DNA of 64,000 nucleotides from Anaeramoeba ignava BMAN (Eukaryota > Protista > Anaeramoebae). The DNA is taken from positions 248,001 through 312,000 of the forward strand of contig JAPDFW010000061.1 in assembly GCA_028826165.1 (NCBI GenBank), given 5' to 3'. The position numbers and the translations under genes were made by a program. Below the pieces are notes generated by a model. It saw nothing but the letters and a program-made list of their open reading frames with translations. It did no database searches and was not told the DNA's origin. Position 1 is the stretch's first letter. Every line of letters begins with the position of its first letter. Positions 36,548 to 51,657 of the stretch are shown here, one piece after another.

Positions 36548-37090
36548 TTAATTATTTTTATTTTCATTTTCATTTTCATTTTCATTTTCATTTTGATTTT
36601 CATTTTGATTTTCATTTTCATTTTGATTTTCATTTTCATGAGGAATAAAAGCAGAATCATTTCTTAAAAAATTATTTGCACCAGTTCTTGAAGCCAAAGA
36701 AATTGCTTGAGAAACAAATTGTTGAAAAAAGTTAATTTGTTGTTCAATTAAAAGAATTTCAGTTCGAAGTTGAAATTCTCGAATTCTTTGATTTTCTTTT
36801 TGAGTTTTTAATTCTTTGATTCTAGATTTAAGATCATTGATTTTTTGTTTTTGTCTTGCTCTAAATTGTTGAGAACGATAAGAAAGCATGAATTTTTTTG
36901 GTGTTTCTTTTTGCTTTTCAGTTTCCATTCTATTTGAAAATGTTCTCATTGAAATTTTTGTTTCTTCGTTTTTTTTTTCAATATTCATTTCATTTTTTTC
37001 AGCAAATAAACTTGTTTCAAATGGATGAAATATGTTTCCCCAACATTGAAAAAAAGATCCAAGAGTTAAAAAAATAGATGGGTCAATCAT
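36548..37090 (-). CDS. bZIP-like transcription factor
   Basis: Basic region YRSQQFRARQKQK followed by heptads (LKSRIKELKTQKENQRIREFQLRTEILLI). Confidence 0.55.
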   Translation of the reverse strand: MIDPSIFLTLGSFFQCWGNIFHPFETSLFAEKNEMNIEKKNEETKISMRTFSNRMETEKQKETPKKFMLSYRSQQFRARQKQKINDLKSRIKELKTQKENQRIREFQLRTEILLIEQQINFFQQFVSQAISLASRTGANNFLRNDSAFIPHENENQNENENQNENQNENENENENENKNN

Positions 37091-37174
37091 TTTAAAAAAA
37101 GAGAAAGTAAAAAAATGAATTTTGAAATTATTTTTATAAAAAATTATTTCATTTTTTTTTATTGGAATTTAAAT

Positions 37175-39680
37175 AAAATTTTAAATATTTATTTATCAAA
37201 TTTATTTTTGGGAATTTAGATATTTATTTAATTTAGATATTTATTTAATTTAGATATTTATTTATCAAATTTAAATATTTATTTAGCAAATTTAAATATT
37301 TATTTAAATATTTATTTATCAAAATTAAATATTTATTTATCATATTTAGATATTTATTTATCAAATTTAAACATTTATTTATCATATTTAAATATTTATT
37401 TTAAATATTTATTTTATCAAATTTAAATATTTAGATATTTATTTATCAAATTTAAATATTTATTTAAATATTTATTTATCAAAATTAAATATTTATTTAT
37501 CAAATTTAGATATTTATTTATCATATTTAGATATTTATTTATCAAATTTAGATATTTATTTATCAAATTTAAATATTTATTTAAATATTTATTTGTGGAA
37601 TTTAAATATTTATTTATCAAATTTAAATATTTATTTATCAAATTTAAATATTTATTTATCAAATTTAAATATTTATTTAAATATTTAGATATTTATTTAT
37701 CATATTTAGATATTTATTTAAATATTTAGATATTTATTTATCAAATTTAGATATTTATTTATCAAATTTAAATATTTATTTATCAAATCTAAATATTTAT
37801 TTAAATATTTAAATGTTTATTTAATTTAGATATTTATTTATCAAATTTAAATATTTATTTATCAAATTTATTTTTGGGAATTTAGATATTTATTTAATTT
37901 AGATATTTATTTAATTTAGATATTTATTTATCAAATTTAAATATTTATTTAGCAAATTTAAATATTTATTTAAATATTTATTTATCAAAATTAAATATTT
38001 ATTTATCATATTTAGATATTTATTTATCAAATTTAAACATTTATTTATCATATTTAAATATTTATTTAAATATTTATTTATCAAATTTAGATATTTAGAT
38101 ATTTATTTATCAAATTTAAATATTTATTTAAATATTTATTTATCAAAATTAAATATTTATTTAAATATTTAGATATTTATTTATCAAATTTAGATATTTA
38201 TTTATCAAATTTAAATATTTATTTATCAAATTTAGATGTTTATTTATTAAATTTAGATATTTATTTATCAAATTTAAATATTTATTTATCAAAATTAAAT
38301 ATTTATTTATCAAATTTAAATATTTATTTATCAAATTTGTTTATCAAATTTAGATATTTATTTATCATATTTAGATATTTATTTGTGGAATTTAAATATT
38401 TATTTATCAAATTTAAATATTTATTTATCAAATTTAAATATTTATTTATCAAATTTAAATATTTATTTATTGGGATTTAAATATTTATTTATCATATTTA
38501 GATATTTATTTATCATATTTAGATGTTTATTTAATTTAAATATTTATTTATCAAATTTTAAATATTTATTTATCAAATTTATTTATCAAATTTAAATATT
38601 TATTTATCAAATTTAAATATTTATTTAATTTAGATATTTATTTAATTTAGATATTTATTTGTGGAATTTAAATATTTATTTATCATATTTATCAAATTTA
38701 AATATTTATTTATCAAATTTAAATATTTATTTATCAAATTTAAATATTTATTTATCAAATTTAAATATTTATTTATCAAATTTAAATATTTATTTATCAA
38801 ATTTAGATATTGTGAATTTAGATATTTTTGGAATTTAAATATTTATTTATCAAATTTAAATATTTATTTATCAAATTTAAATATTTATTTATCAAATTTA
38901 AATATTTATTTATCAAATTTAAATATTTATTTATCAAATTTAAATATTTATTTATCAAATTTAAATATTTATTTATCAAATTTAAATATTTATTTATCAA
39001 ATTTAAATATTTATTTATCAAATTTAAATATTTATTTATCAAATTTAAATATTTATTTATTGGAATTTAAATATTTATTTAAATATTTATTTATCAAATT
39101 TATTTTTGGAATTTAGATATTTATTTATCAAATTTAGATATTTATTTATCAAATTTTAAATATTTGTTTTATGGAAATTTAAATATTTATTTATTGAGTT
39201 TAAATATTTATTTATCAAATTTAAATATTTATTTATCAAATTTATTTTTGGAATTTAAATATTTATTTATCAAATTTAAATATTTATTTAAATATTTATT
39301 TATCAAATTTAGATATTTATTTATCAAATTTAAATATTTATTTAAATATTTATTTATCATATTTAAATATTTATTTCTCAAATTTAGATATTTATTTATC
39401 AAATTTAAATATTTATTTATCAAATTTAGATATTTATTTATCAAATTTAAATATTTATTTATCAAATCTAAGTATTTATTTATCAAATCTAAATATTTAT
39501 TTAATTTTAGATATTTTTGGAATTTAAATATTTATTTATCAAAATTAGATATTTATTTATCAAATCTAAATATTTTTGGAATTTAAATATTTAAATCAAA
39601 TTTAAATATTTATTTATCAAATTTAGATATTGTGAATTTAGATATTGTGAATTTAAATTTATTTGTGGGAATTTAAATAC
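37175..39680. repeat. Intergenic 21-bp minisatellite (ATTTATTTATCAAATTTAAAT)n
   Basis: About 2.5 kb array with an internal higher-order duplication (about 37180-37450 repeated at about 37845-38110). Confidence 0.9.
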
Positions 39681-40434
39681 TTATTTTATTTTAATTATCA
39701 AATTCTAAATCTTTTTTTAAATCAAAAATAATTAAAAAAAGAAAAAAGATCAAAAAAAAAATAAAGAAAAAAACAAAAAGAAAAAGATTTTTCAAAAACA
39801 GCAAATTCAAAATCATTTTTTTAAAGTAAATTTGTTGTTAATTTTTAATTTTAAAAAAAAATTCAAAATCATTTTTTTTTCAATTCCATTTTATTTTTTT
39901 ATTTTTTTAAATTCCATTTTTTTCAATACTTTTTATTATTTTTTTTGTTAAGATTTAACTTTAAATATAAAGAGAAAATGGATAAAAAACGCAGAAAAAT
40001 AGAAAAATAGAAAAATAGAAAAATAGAAGAATAAAAAAAAATTTTTTTTTAAAATCTTTTCAATAAAGATCACTAATTAAAGTAATAATAATAAAAATAA
40101 AAATAAGTATTAAATAAAATAATCAAAAAAAAAAATTAAATTAAGAATAAAATTAAAAGAGATCATAAAATAAATTATTTACAATAAACACCCCTAAAAC
40201 TAAAACTAAAATTAAAATTAAAATTCATTTATAAAATTAAAATTAAAATTAAAATTAAAATTTAAATTAAAATTAATTAAAAAAGAGAAGAGAAGAAGAG
40301 ATCAAATAAAATTGCTTTTTTTTTGTTTTTGTGTTTGTTTTTATATTTAAGAGTAAAAAAAAAGTAAAAAGATAAAAAATAATAAACGAAATTAATTGTT
40401 ATTAAGATCTCATCAATTAATTTAATTAATTTAA

Positions 40435-41937
40435 TTAATTATCTTTTGATTTCTTATGGTGTCTATGTTTATGTTTTTCATGTCTAGTAAATGAAAAAAA
40501 AAAAGAAAAAGAAAAATTAATGATTATTTTTTTTTGAAAATAATATATTTGCTTTTTCTTACCCAGTATGATGTCTATGATGATGATGCTTCTTCTTTTT
40601 CTTCTGATCTTCATCATCTTCATTTTCTTCATTTTCTTCATTTTCTTCATTTTCTTCATTATCTTTATCATCTTGGTTTTCATATCCTTGAAATGGACTA
40701 CTTTTGAAGTTTTTAAGTGCATTTTGGAAATCATTAGGATTAATTCTTGAAAATTTTGGTTTTTTAGAATGTTTTTGATGTGATGATTTTTCGGAAACTT
40801 GCATCATTTTATCGTATTGTTGTTTTGATAAACCTAATTTTTTTCTAATTTCTTCGAATTCATCATTTTCATCTTCGATTTTATTATCTTTTTTTTCTTC
40901 GATTTTATTTTCCTTTTCTAAATCTAATTCATTTTCATTTTCATTTTCATTTTCATTTTCATTTTCATTTTCATTTTCATTTTCAATTTGATTTTTTTCT
41001 TCGATTTTATTTTCCTTTTCTAAATCTAATTCATCTTCATTTTCATTTTCAATTTCATTTTCATCTTCATTTTTTAAATCTAATTCATCTTCAATTTCAT
41101 TTTCATTTTCAATTTCATCTTCATCTTCATTTTCTAAATCCATTCCAATTTCATCTTCATCTTCATTTTTAAATCTAATTCATTTTCAATTTCATCTTCG
41201 TTTTCATTTTTTAAATTTAATTCATTTTCAATTTCGTCTTCAATTCCATCTTCAATTTCATTTTTTAAATCTAATTCGTCTTCAATTTCGTCTTCAATAT
41301 TTTCCATTTTTTCATCTTTTTCTTCTGTTTCGTTAATTTTTATTTTCTTCTCCTCTTGATCTAAATATCTAAATGGGAAAAAAAATGTTTTAATTCCACT
41401 TCCATTTCAAAAAAAAAATAAAGAAAAAGAAATGGAAAGAAATACTTACTTCGATAATATTGATTTCTTTTTTGGGAAAGATTTTTCTAATTTCAAATTC
41501 ATTTATAAAAAAAAGAATATAAATATAAATATGAATTTGGATTTGAATATTTGCAAAATTTTCTTACCAGAAATTGGGATTAAATTAATCTCAATATTTG
41601 TTTTTTCCAAAGTTTTTTCATCTCTATAAATTTATGATATGCAATTAATAATTTAACATGAAGTAAAAATGATGAGAGATTATTTTAATACGAATATTAA
41701 CATTAATAATTACATATTATTGTTAATTCCCCATTCTAATATTTTTATTTTCTTTAAAGTATCAACTTTACGTTGTTGAAAATTTTTAATTTCATTTTCA
41801 AGAAAAGTAATTGTATCGTTTAAACTTTTTCTTTCATTTTCCCATTCAAGTTGTTCGCTTTGAATTCTAGAAAATTTTGATTGAATTAATTCAATTAAAT
41901 TATTTGCTACTTTTTTTGAAAGTGTAAATTGATCCAT
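40435..41937 (-). CDS. Striatin N-terminal coiled-coil domain protein with acidic tail, no WD40
   Basis: LIELIQSKFSRIQSEQLEWENERKSLNDTITFLENEIKNFQQRKVDTLKKIKILEWGI matches the striatin/Far8 N-terminal pattern. About 5 exons with GT-AG introns; apparent frameshift in the E/N repeat. Confidence 0.6.
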
Positions 41938-43558
41938 TTTTAATTTAAAAATTTAAGAAAAAAAAAATGAAAAAAAAAAATTAATTAAAAAAGAAATTAA
42001 TTAAAAAAAAAATTTTCTCCTTTTATTTTTTTTCCCCTTTTTATTTTTTTTTTAAAGATTTTAGAAAAATAATTTAGGAAGTTGATTATGTACTTAAATT
42101 TTGTGGAATAATTTTATCTTTTTTTTTTTTTTGTAATTGAAAAAAAAAGGGTTTTTGTTTTTCTTTTTGCTTTTTAAAATCCATTTTTTTTTCACACTTT
42201 TTTTTTTAGGAAAGAATAGAGAAATGAAAAAAAAAGGGTTTTTCTTTCTTTTAAGTTTTGGTTTTTTAGATCATTCTTTTTGACTTTTTAATATCTTTCT
42301 AAATTTCTGATTCAACAAAAATTTAGGCTTGTTTTCTTTCTTTTTCTTTCTTTTTCTTTCTTTAACAATTATTTGTTGAAATTATTTTTTTTTTTCAAAA
42401 GGAATTTATTTAAGAGTTTTTAAAAGAAGAAAATGAAGAAAATGAAGAAAATGAAGTTAGAAGCACTTGTTAAATAATAAGAAGGATCAAAAAAAAAATT
42501 TTTTCCAAAAATTCTATTCCTCAAAATTTTCATTTTATCAGTTTTACATTTGGTATTTGATATTAAATGAAATTAATGAAAAAATGTAAGAATTATATTT
42601 TATTTAATTATTTAATTATTTAATTTAAAACAAAAAATTGATTTAAATTTTGTAGGCGTTTTATTTTATCCTTGCTCACAAAAACTGCAAGCTGAAAACA
42701 AATTATTTTTTTTTGGATTTGCTTGATTGGTAATCCAAATGCTAACGAATCGGATTGTATTTGCTTTTTGCTTTTTGCTTTTTTTGATAAAAGTGATTCA
42801 GATCACTTGAAGAAAAGTATTAGAAGAATAAGCAATTTGCCCTTTAAATAAAGGGTGTTGAATAAAATTCAAATCATTTGAAGAAAAGTATCAAAAGAAT
42901 CTGGAAAATTCTTAAACAAAAGTTTAAGAAAAAAAAAATAATTAGCAGCTATTGAAGTATCTTCTAAAAGAAAAAATTAATAAAATTATTAATAAAAAAA
43001 GTGGATTTTTTAAAAAAAAAACAAATACCCCAAAAAAGCTGCTTTTAAATCACAAAAAAAAGTATCTAAAAAAGCAAATTATTTTTGGTTTGGTTTTGTT
43101 TTGATTTGTTTAGTAAAAAAAATTTTAATTAGAATAAATTAATAATAGAAATTTGTGAATATTGGAAAGTGATAAGGAATAATTCAAAGAAAAGAATTAA
43201 TTAGTAAAACTATAAGAATTTTATTTATTATTTAATTTATTTTTATTATCAAAAATTATTACTTGATAAAAAAAAAATAAAAAAAGAGAATTGAAAGTAG
43301 AAAATATTTTTTTTTTTTGATTTTTATTTTAAAAGAAATCTGTATCCGTTAAAAAAAGTAAATTTAACCGAAATCTATTTAAAAATCTATTTAAAATTGA
43401 ATCAATCAAAATAATAAAAGAAAAAAGGAGAAAAAGCAAAAAAAAAAAAATAAATCAATTTAATTTTTTTTCCTCTTTTTTAATTTTTTTTAAATCAAAT
43501 TTTTTTTCATTTTTTCATTTTCATTTTCATTTTTTTTTTTTTAAATAATAAATAAATA

Positions 43559-45783
<2,225 letters not shown>

Positions 45784-46011
45784 ATTTCAAATTTAATAAT
45801 CAAATTTAAAAAAAAAAATCAAATTTTCCTTTTTCTTTTTTTCTTTTCTTTTCTTTTTCTTTTTTTTACTCTTTTTTTTTATCAATTTTTCAAAATTTTA
45901 ATTCCAAAATCCAAAAAAAAAAAAATTCAATAAAAAAAAAAAATTAATAAAAAAAATTTTAATTTAATTTAATTTAAAAAGAAAGAAAAGAAAAGAAATT
46001 TAAAACCAAAT

Positions 46012-48095
46012 TTACCAATAACCAAAAAAACGATTAATTGCAGAACGTAATTCGCGAAGAGTTAAGAAAGAAATTAAAATTGAAGGAATATAAAAAGGAA
46101 TTAAACAAAAAGTAAAATGAACAAAAAAATGATGTAAAAAGAAGCAAATCAAAAGAAAGCCAAAACCACAAAAGACAAAAGTACTCAAAACAGTGAAAAC
46201 AAGATAACTGAAAGGAGGACGAGTGAAAAAAAGCATTCCAAAAGCAGTAAAAAGGGGAATCCAAAGGAAAATGAATATGAAAAAGTAATTCAAATGAATG
46301 ATTTGATCAGCTCGAAGAGAAATCAACAGAAAAAAAAGAAAAGAACTTGAAAAGGAGATCCAAGTTGAGTGTATTTCGGACCAACGGCGGTAATAAATAT
46401 TACGAAGTTGCGAGTAAAGAGCAAAAACCATAAAAACCAAAATTGCCAAATCAAGTGGGAAAAGCATTTTATACCATTTCCAATTGATAGTTCCGTTGGA
46501 TTTGAGAACAATGAAAAAAACCATCAAAACCAAGAATGCTACGACTGACCAAGCAATCATAATCCCAATGCGATCGCGGGGATTCATATATGCCAATATC
46601 GATATAATTATGAGGAATATGATCAAAATTAATAAAATTGGAGAAAATACGAAAAATGTACTTAATTTTCCTTTTTCAATGTGTATATTAGCAAGTAATA
46701 AGAAGAAGAAAATTATAATAGGAATGAAAATGGCAATGATCTCAAGCAAAGATTCAAATATTCTTGTCTTAGAATTGTATCTGTCGAAATTTCTATTTTG
46801 AGAATTTCTTTTTTGGATCATTGATTTTTTTTCAGTGAATTTTTTATATAATTTATTGGCTCTTGTAATGATCTCAGATCTTGGATCACTAACATGATTG
46901 ATATATTCGAGTCTTTCTGATTTTGTTGAGAGAGCAACTGGTAATAAACTCGCAGCTGAGCGAAAAGTTGATTTGTCTTCAACTAAGTTTGAATATTGAT
47001 TCTTTTCAAAATTAATTGTTTTTTTCAATTTGGAAATATTTCCGTTTTTGAGTAATTTGTTTCTTTCTTCGATATCGCTTTGATATCCTAATATTTGAAA
47101 ATCTCCAGAAAATGTGTATGTTTCAGCTAAATCAAGTTTGTCCCAAATGAAATAATCTTGGAATCTTGCTCCTATTTCTCTCCATAATAATTTATCTGAA
47201 AGTAAATCGTATATTGATTTGCTTGCAAAAGAGAAACGAATAGCCTCTCCTGGTGTGAGATATTCCATAATAAGAAGCAAGACTTTTAAATAAATTTTAT
47301 AAATAAATTAATAAATAATTTTTATAAATAAATTAATATTAAAATTTATAAATTTTAATATTAAAATTTATAAATAATTTTATATTAAAATTTGTATTAA
47401 AATTTTATAATAAAATTTATAAATAATTTTATAATAAAATTTATAATTAATATTATAAATAATTTATAAATAATTTTATAAATAATTTTATAATTTTATA
47501 AATAATTTTATATTAAAATTTATAATTAATTTTATATTTAATATTATAATTAATATTATAATTAATTTTATATTTAATATATATTTTATAAATAATTTTA
47601 TAATTTAATTTTATTTAATTTTATAATTTTATATTTAATTTTATATTTATTTTATATAATTTATTATAAATTAATTTTTATAATTAATTTTATAAATAAT
47701 TTTTATAAATAATTTTATAAATAATTTTATATTAAAATTTATAATAAATTTTATAAATAATTTTATATTAAAATTTATAAATAATTTTATATTTAATTTT
47801 ATAATAAATTTTATAAATAATTTTATATTAAAATTTATATTAAAATTTATAAATAATTTTATAAATAATTTTATAAATAATTTTATAAATAATTTTGCAG
47901 ACTTTCTGGTGGTAATTCTTCAATATTTAATTCATTTTGTTTAGGAGGTTTATTTAATAAAAAAGGTGGATGAAGAGATGAAGATTTTCTTAATCGTAGA
48001 AAATCAGAATCTTGAAGTACAACAACACCTTTGTTTTTATGAAGTACATATCTTCTAAGTTGTTGTTCTTTTTCTAATTCAGTTTTTTTATCCAT
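46012..48095 (-). CDS. F-box protein with C-terminal multipass TM region (TMEM185-like)
   Basis: Exons 48095-47903 and 47282-46012. The junction rebuilds the F-box IEELPPEILLLIMEYLTPGEAIRFSFASKSIYDL. About 7-8 TM helices with WKWYKMLFPL and FIFLWIP motifs. Confidence 0.75.
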
Positions 48096-48229
48096 TTACA
48101 AAAAGCAAAAACGAAAGGAAAAAGGAAAAAGAAAGAAAGAAAGAAAGAAAGAAAAATGAAATTTTCATTTTAAAAAAAAAACGTGTTTCTTCTTTTTTTT
48201 TCTCATTTCTTTTCAATAAATTCTCAATC

Positions 48230-51200
48230 AAATATCAAATATCAAATATCAAATATTGAATATTGAATTGAATATTAAATATTAAATTGAATTGAATTGA
48301 ATATTAAATATTGAATTGAATTGAATTGAATTGAATTAAATATTAAATTGAATATTGAATTAAATATTAAATATTAAATATTAAATATTGAATATTGAAT
48401 TAAATTGAATTGAATATTGAATTGAATTGAATTGAATTGAATATTGAATTGAATTGAATTGAATTGAATATTAAATATTGAATTAAATATTGAATTGAAT
48501 TAAATATTGAATATTGAATTAAATATTAAATATTAAAAATACTGAATTTAAAATGAATTGAATATTAAAATTGAATTAAATTAAATATTAAATATTGAAT
48601 ATTAATAAATATTAAATATTAAATATTGAATTTTTGAATAATTTTATATTAATTTAAATTAAAAATTGGAATGAATTGGAATTGGAATTGAAAGAATTGA
48701 ATTTTGAATTAAATTGAATTATAAATAATTTTTTGAATTGGAATCGAATTAAATATTAAATAATAAATTGAATTTTAAATATTTAATTTAAATAAATATT
48801 AAATATTAAATGAATATTTAATATTAAATTGAATAATTTAAATTAAATTTTTTAAATAATTTTAAATTGGAATTGAAATGGAATTGAATCAAATATTAAA
48901 TAATTAAATTTGAATTTTGAAATAGGTTTATTTAATGAATAAAAGGTCAAATATTGAAGAAATCAAAATTGAATTGAATTTGAATCGAAGAAAATCAGAA
49001 AATTGAATTGAATTTGAACAAAATATTTTATTGAATATTGAATTGAATATCTTGAATTTTAAATTAAATATTGAAATTGAATTTTTCGAATCCATAAAAT
49101 AAAAAGCAAAATATTGAATTGGAATTGAAAGGAAAAAAAGAATTAAATATTAAAAAAGAAAAATATTGAATTAAATTTGGAAATATTGGTGTTCGAGTAA
49201 ATATTAAATTTTGGAATTAAATTTAAATTGAATTGAATTGAATTGAATCAAATATTAAATATTAAAATATTGGAATATTAAATTAAATATTGAATACCGA
49301 ATATTGAATTGAATTGAAATTTGAATTGAATAAAATATTAAATTGAATGAATTGAATATTGAATTGAATTATTAAATATTGAATTAATTGAATTGAATTG
49401 AGGAAATTGGCAAATATTGGAAAGGAATGGATTGAAAAAAGAAATGAAATTGAATTGAAATTCGAATTGGAAATTGAATATTGAATGGAATCGAATTGAA
49501 TTAAATTGGAATTGAAATTGAATTGAATGAATTGAATAATTGAATTGAATATTGAAATTGAAATTGAAATTGGAATTGAATAAAATATATTGAAAAAAAT
49601 GAATTGAAATGAATATTAAAATTGAATTGATATTAAATATTGAATTGAATGGAATTGAATATTGAATTAAAGGCCAAATGAATTGAATTGAATTGAAATA
49701 TTGAATATGAATGAAATTGAAAATGAATTAAATATTGAATTGGGAATTGAAATATTGAATTGAATATTGAATGGAATTGAATTGATTGAATATTGAAATT
49801 AAATATTGAATTGAATTGAATTGAATATTGAATATTGAAAATTGAAATTGAATATTGAAATTGAATCGAATTGAATTGAATATTGAAATTGAATGAATTG
49901 AATATTGAATTCGAAATATTGAATGAATTGAATTAAATATTGAATTGAATTGAATTGAATATTGGTGAATATTGAATTATTGAATTAAATATTAAAATAT
50001 TGTGGTGAATATTGAATTAAATTGAATGAATATTGAATCGAATGACAAATATTAAATTGAATATTGAATAAAATTGAATTGAATATTGTCAAAATTAAAT
50101 ATTGAATACGAATGAAATTGAATATTAAATAAATGGAATATTATTGAATTGAATTGAATATTGAATGGAATTGAATGGAATGGGTGGGAATTGAATTGAA
50201 TATTGAAATTGAATATTGAATTGAATTGAATTGAATTAAATATTGAATATTAAATATTAAATATTGAATTGAATCGAATTAAATATTAAATATTAAATAT
50301 TAAATATTGAATTGAATTAAATATTAAATATTCGAATGGAATTAAAATATTAAATATTGAATTGGAATTGAATTAAATACCCCCGTGGAAATTGAATTAA
50401 ATATTGAATGAATTGAATATTAAAATTGAATATTGAATTGAATATTAAATTGAATATTTGGAATTGAATTGAATATTGAATTGAATTAAATATTGAATAT
50501 TAAAATTGAATTCAAATATTGAATATTGAATATTGGAATGAATATTAAAATGAATATTGAATCGAATTAAATATTGAATTAAATATTAAATATTGAATTG
50601 AATTGGAGAGCTCTATTGAATTGAATTGAATTAAATATTAAATAAATAAATTAAATATTAAATACTGAATTAAAATATTGAATATTAAATATTGAATATT
50701 GGGAATTAAATATTAAATATTAAATATTAAATATTGAATATGAATTGAATAAATATTGAATATTAAAACCAAATATTGAATATTAAATATTGAATCGAAA
50801 TATTGAATAATTAAATATTAAAATTGAAAAATTGAATTGAAATATTAAATATTAAATATTAAAATTGAAATTGAATATTAAAATTTGAATATTAAATTGA
50901 ATACGAATTGAAATTACCGAAATTGAATTGAAATTGAATTGAAATTGAAATGAATTGAATAAAAATATTGAATTGAATATTGAATTAAATTAAATATGAA
51001 AGTTGAATATTGAATTGAATTGAATATTGAATTGAATTGAATATTGAATATTGAATTGAATATTGAATTGAATATTAAATTAAATATTGAATTGAATTGA
51101 ATATTAAATATTGAATTAAATATTAAATTAAATTGAATTGAATTGAATTGAATATTGAATTGAATATTGAATTGAATTGAATTGAATATTGAATTGAATA

Positions 51201-51430
51201 TTGAATTAAATTAAATATTAAATATTAAATATTGAATATTGAATTGAATTGAATTGAATTGAATATTGAATTGAATTGAATTGAATTGAATATTGAATTA
51301 AATTGAATTAAATATTAAATTGAATTGAATTGAATTGAATTGAATTGAATATTGAATTAAATATTAAATATTAAATATTAAATATTAAAATTGAATTGAA
51401 TTGAATATTGAATTAAATATTGAATATTGA
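48230..51430. repeat. Intergenic (AATTG/AATATTG/AATATTA)n microsatellite
   Basis: 3.2 kb tract, regular at the edges and noisy in the centre. Confidence 0.9.
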
Positions 51431-51657
51431 AGTAATGAAAGAAGAGAGTTATTTTTTATTGTTGAAAAATAAATTAGAAAGGGGGATAAAAAATTTGCTT
51501 TGTTTTAAATTTAATAAAAAGAATTTAAATTAGATCTTTGAAAAGATCAATACTTTTAAATTAAAAAATTAAATTAAAATTTAAAAAAGAAAGAACGAAA
51601 AAAAAAATTTTGATTTCCAACAAATCATTTTTCTTTTCTGCAATAAATTATTTTAAA

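Noticed and set aside
48500-50950. Degenerate centre of AATTG arrays as hidden information (also about 24700-25100 and 62300-63900)
   Set aside because: Clean edges with noisy centres are typical of unpolished long-read consensus; no ORF or structure is evident.
48230-51430. Telomeric repeat
   Set aside because: Internal position, mixed 5/7-mer units, no G-rich telomere-like motif; the same repeat occurs inside introns.
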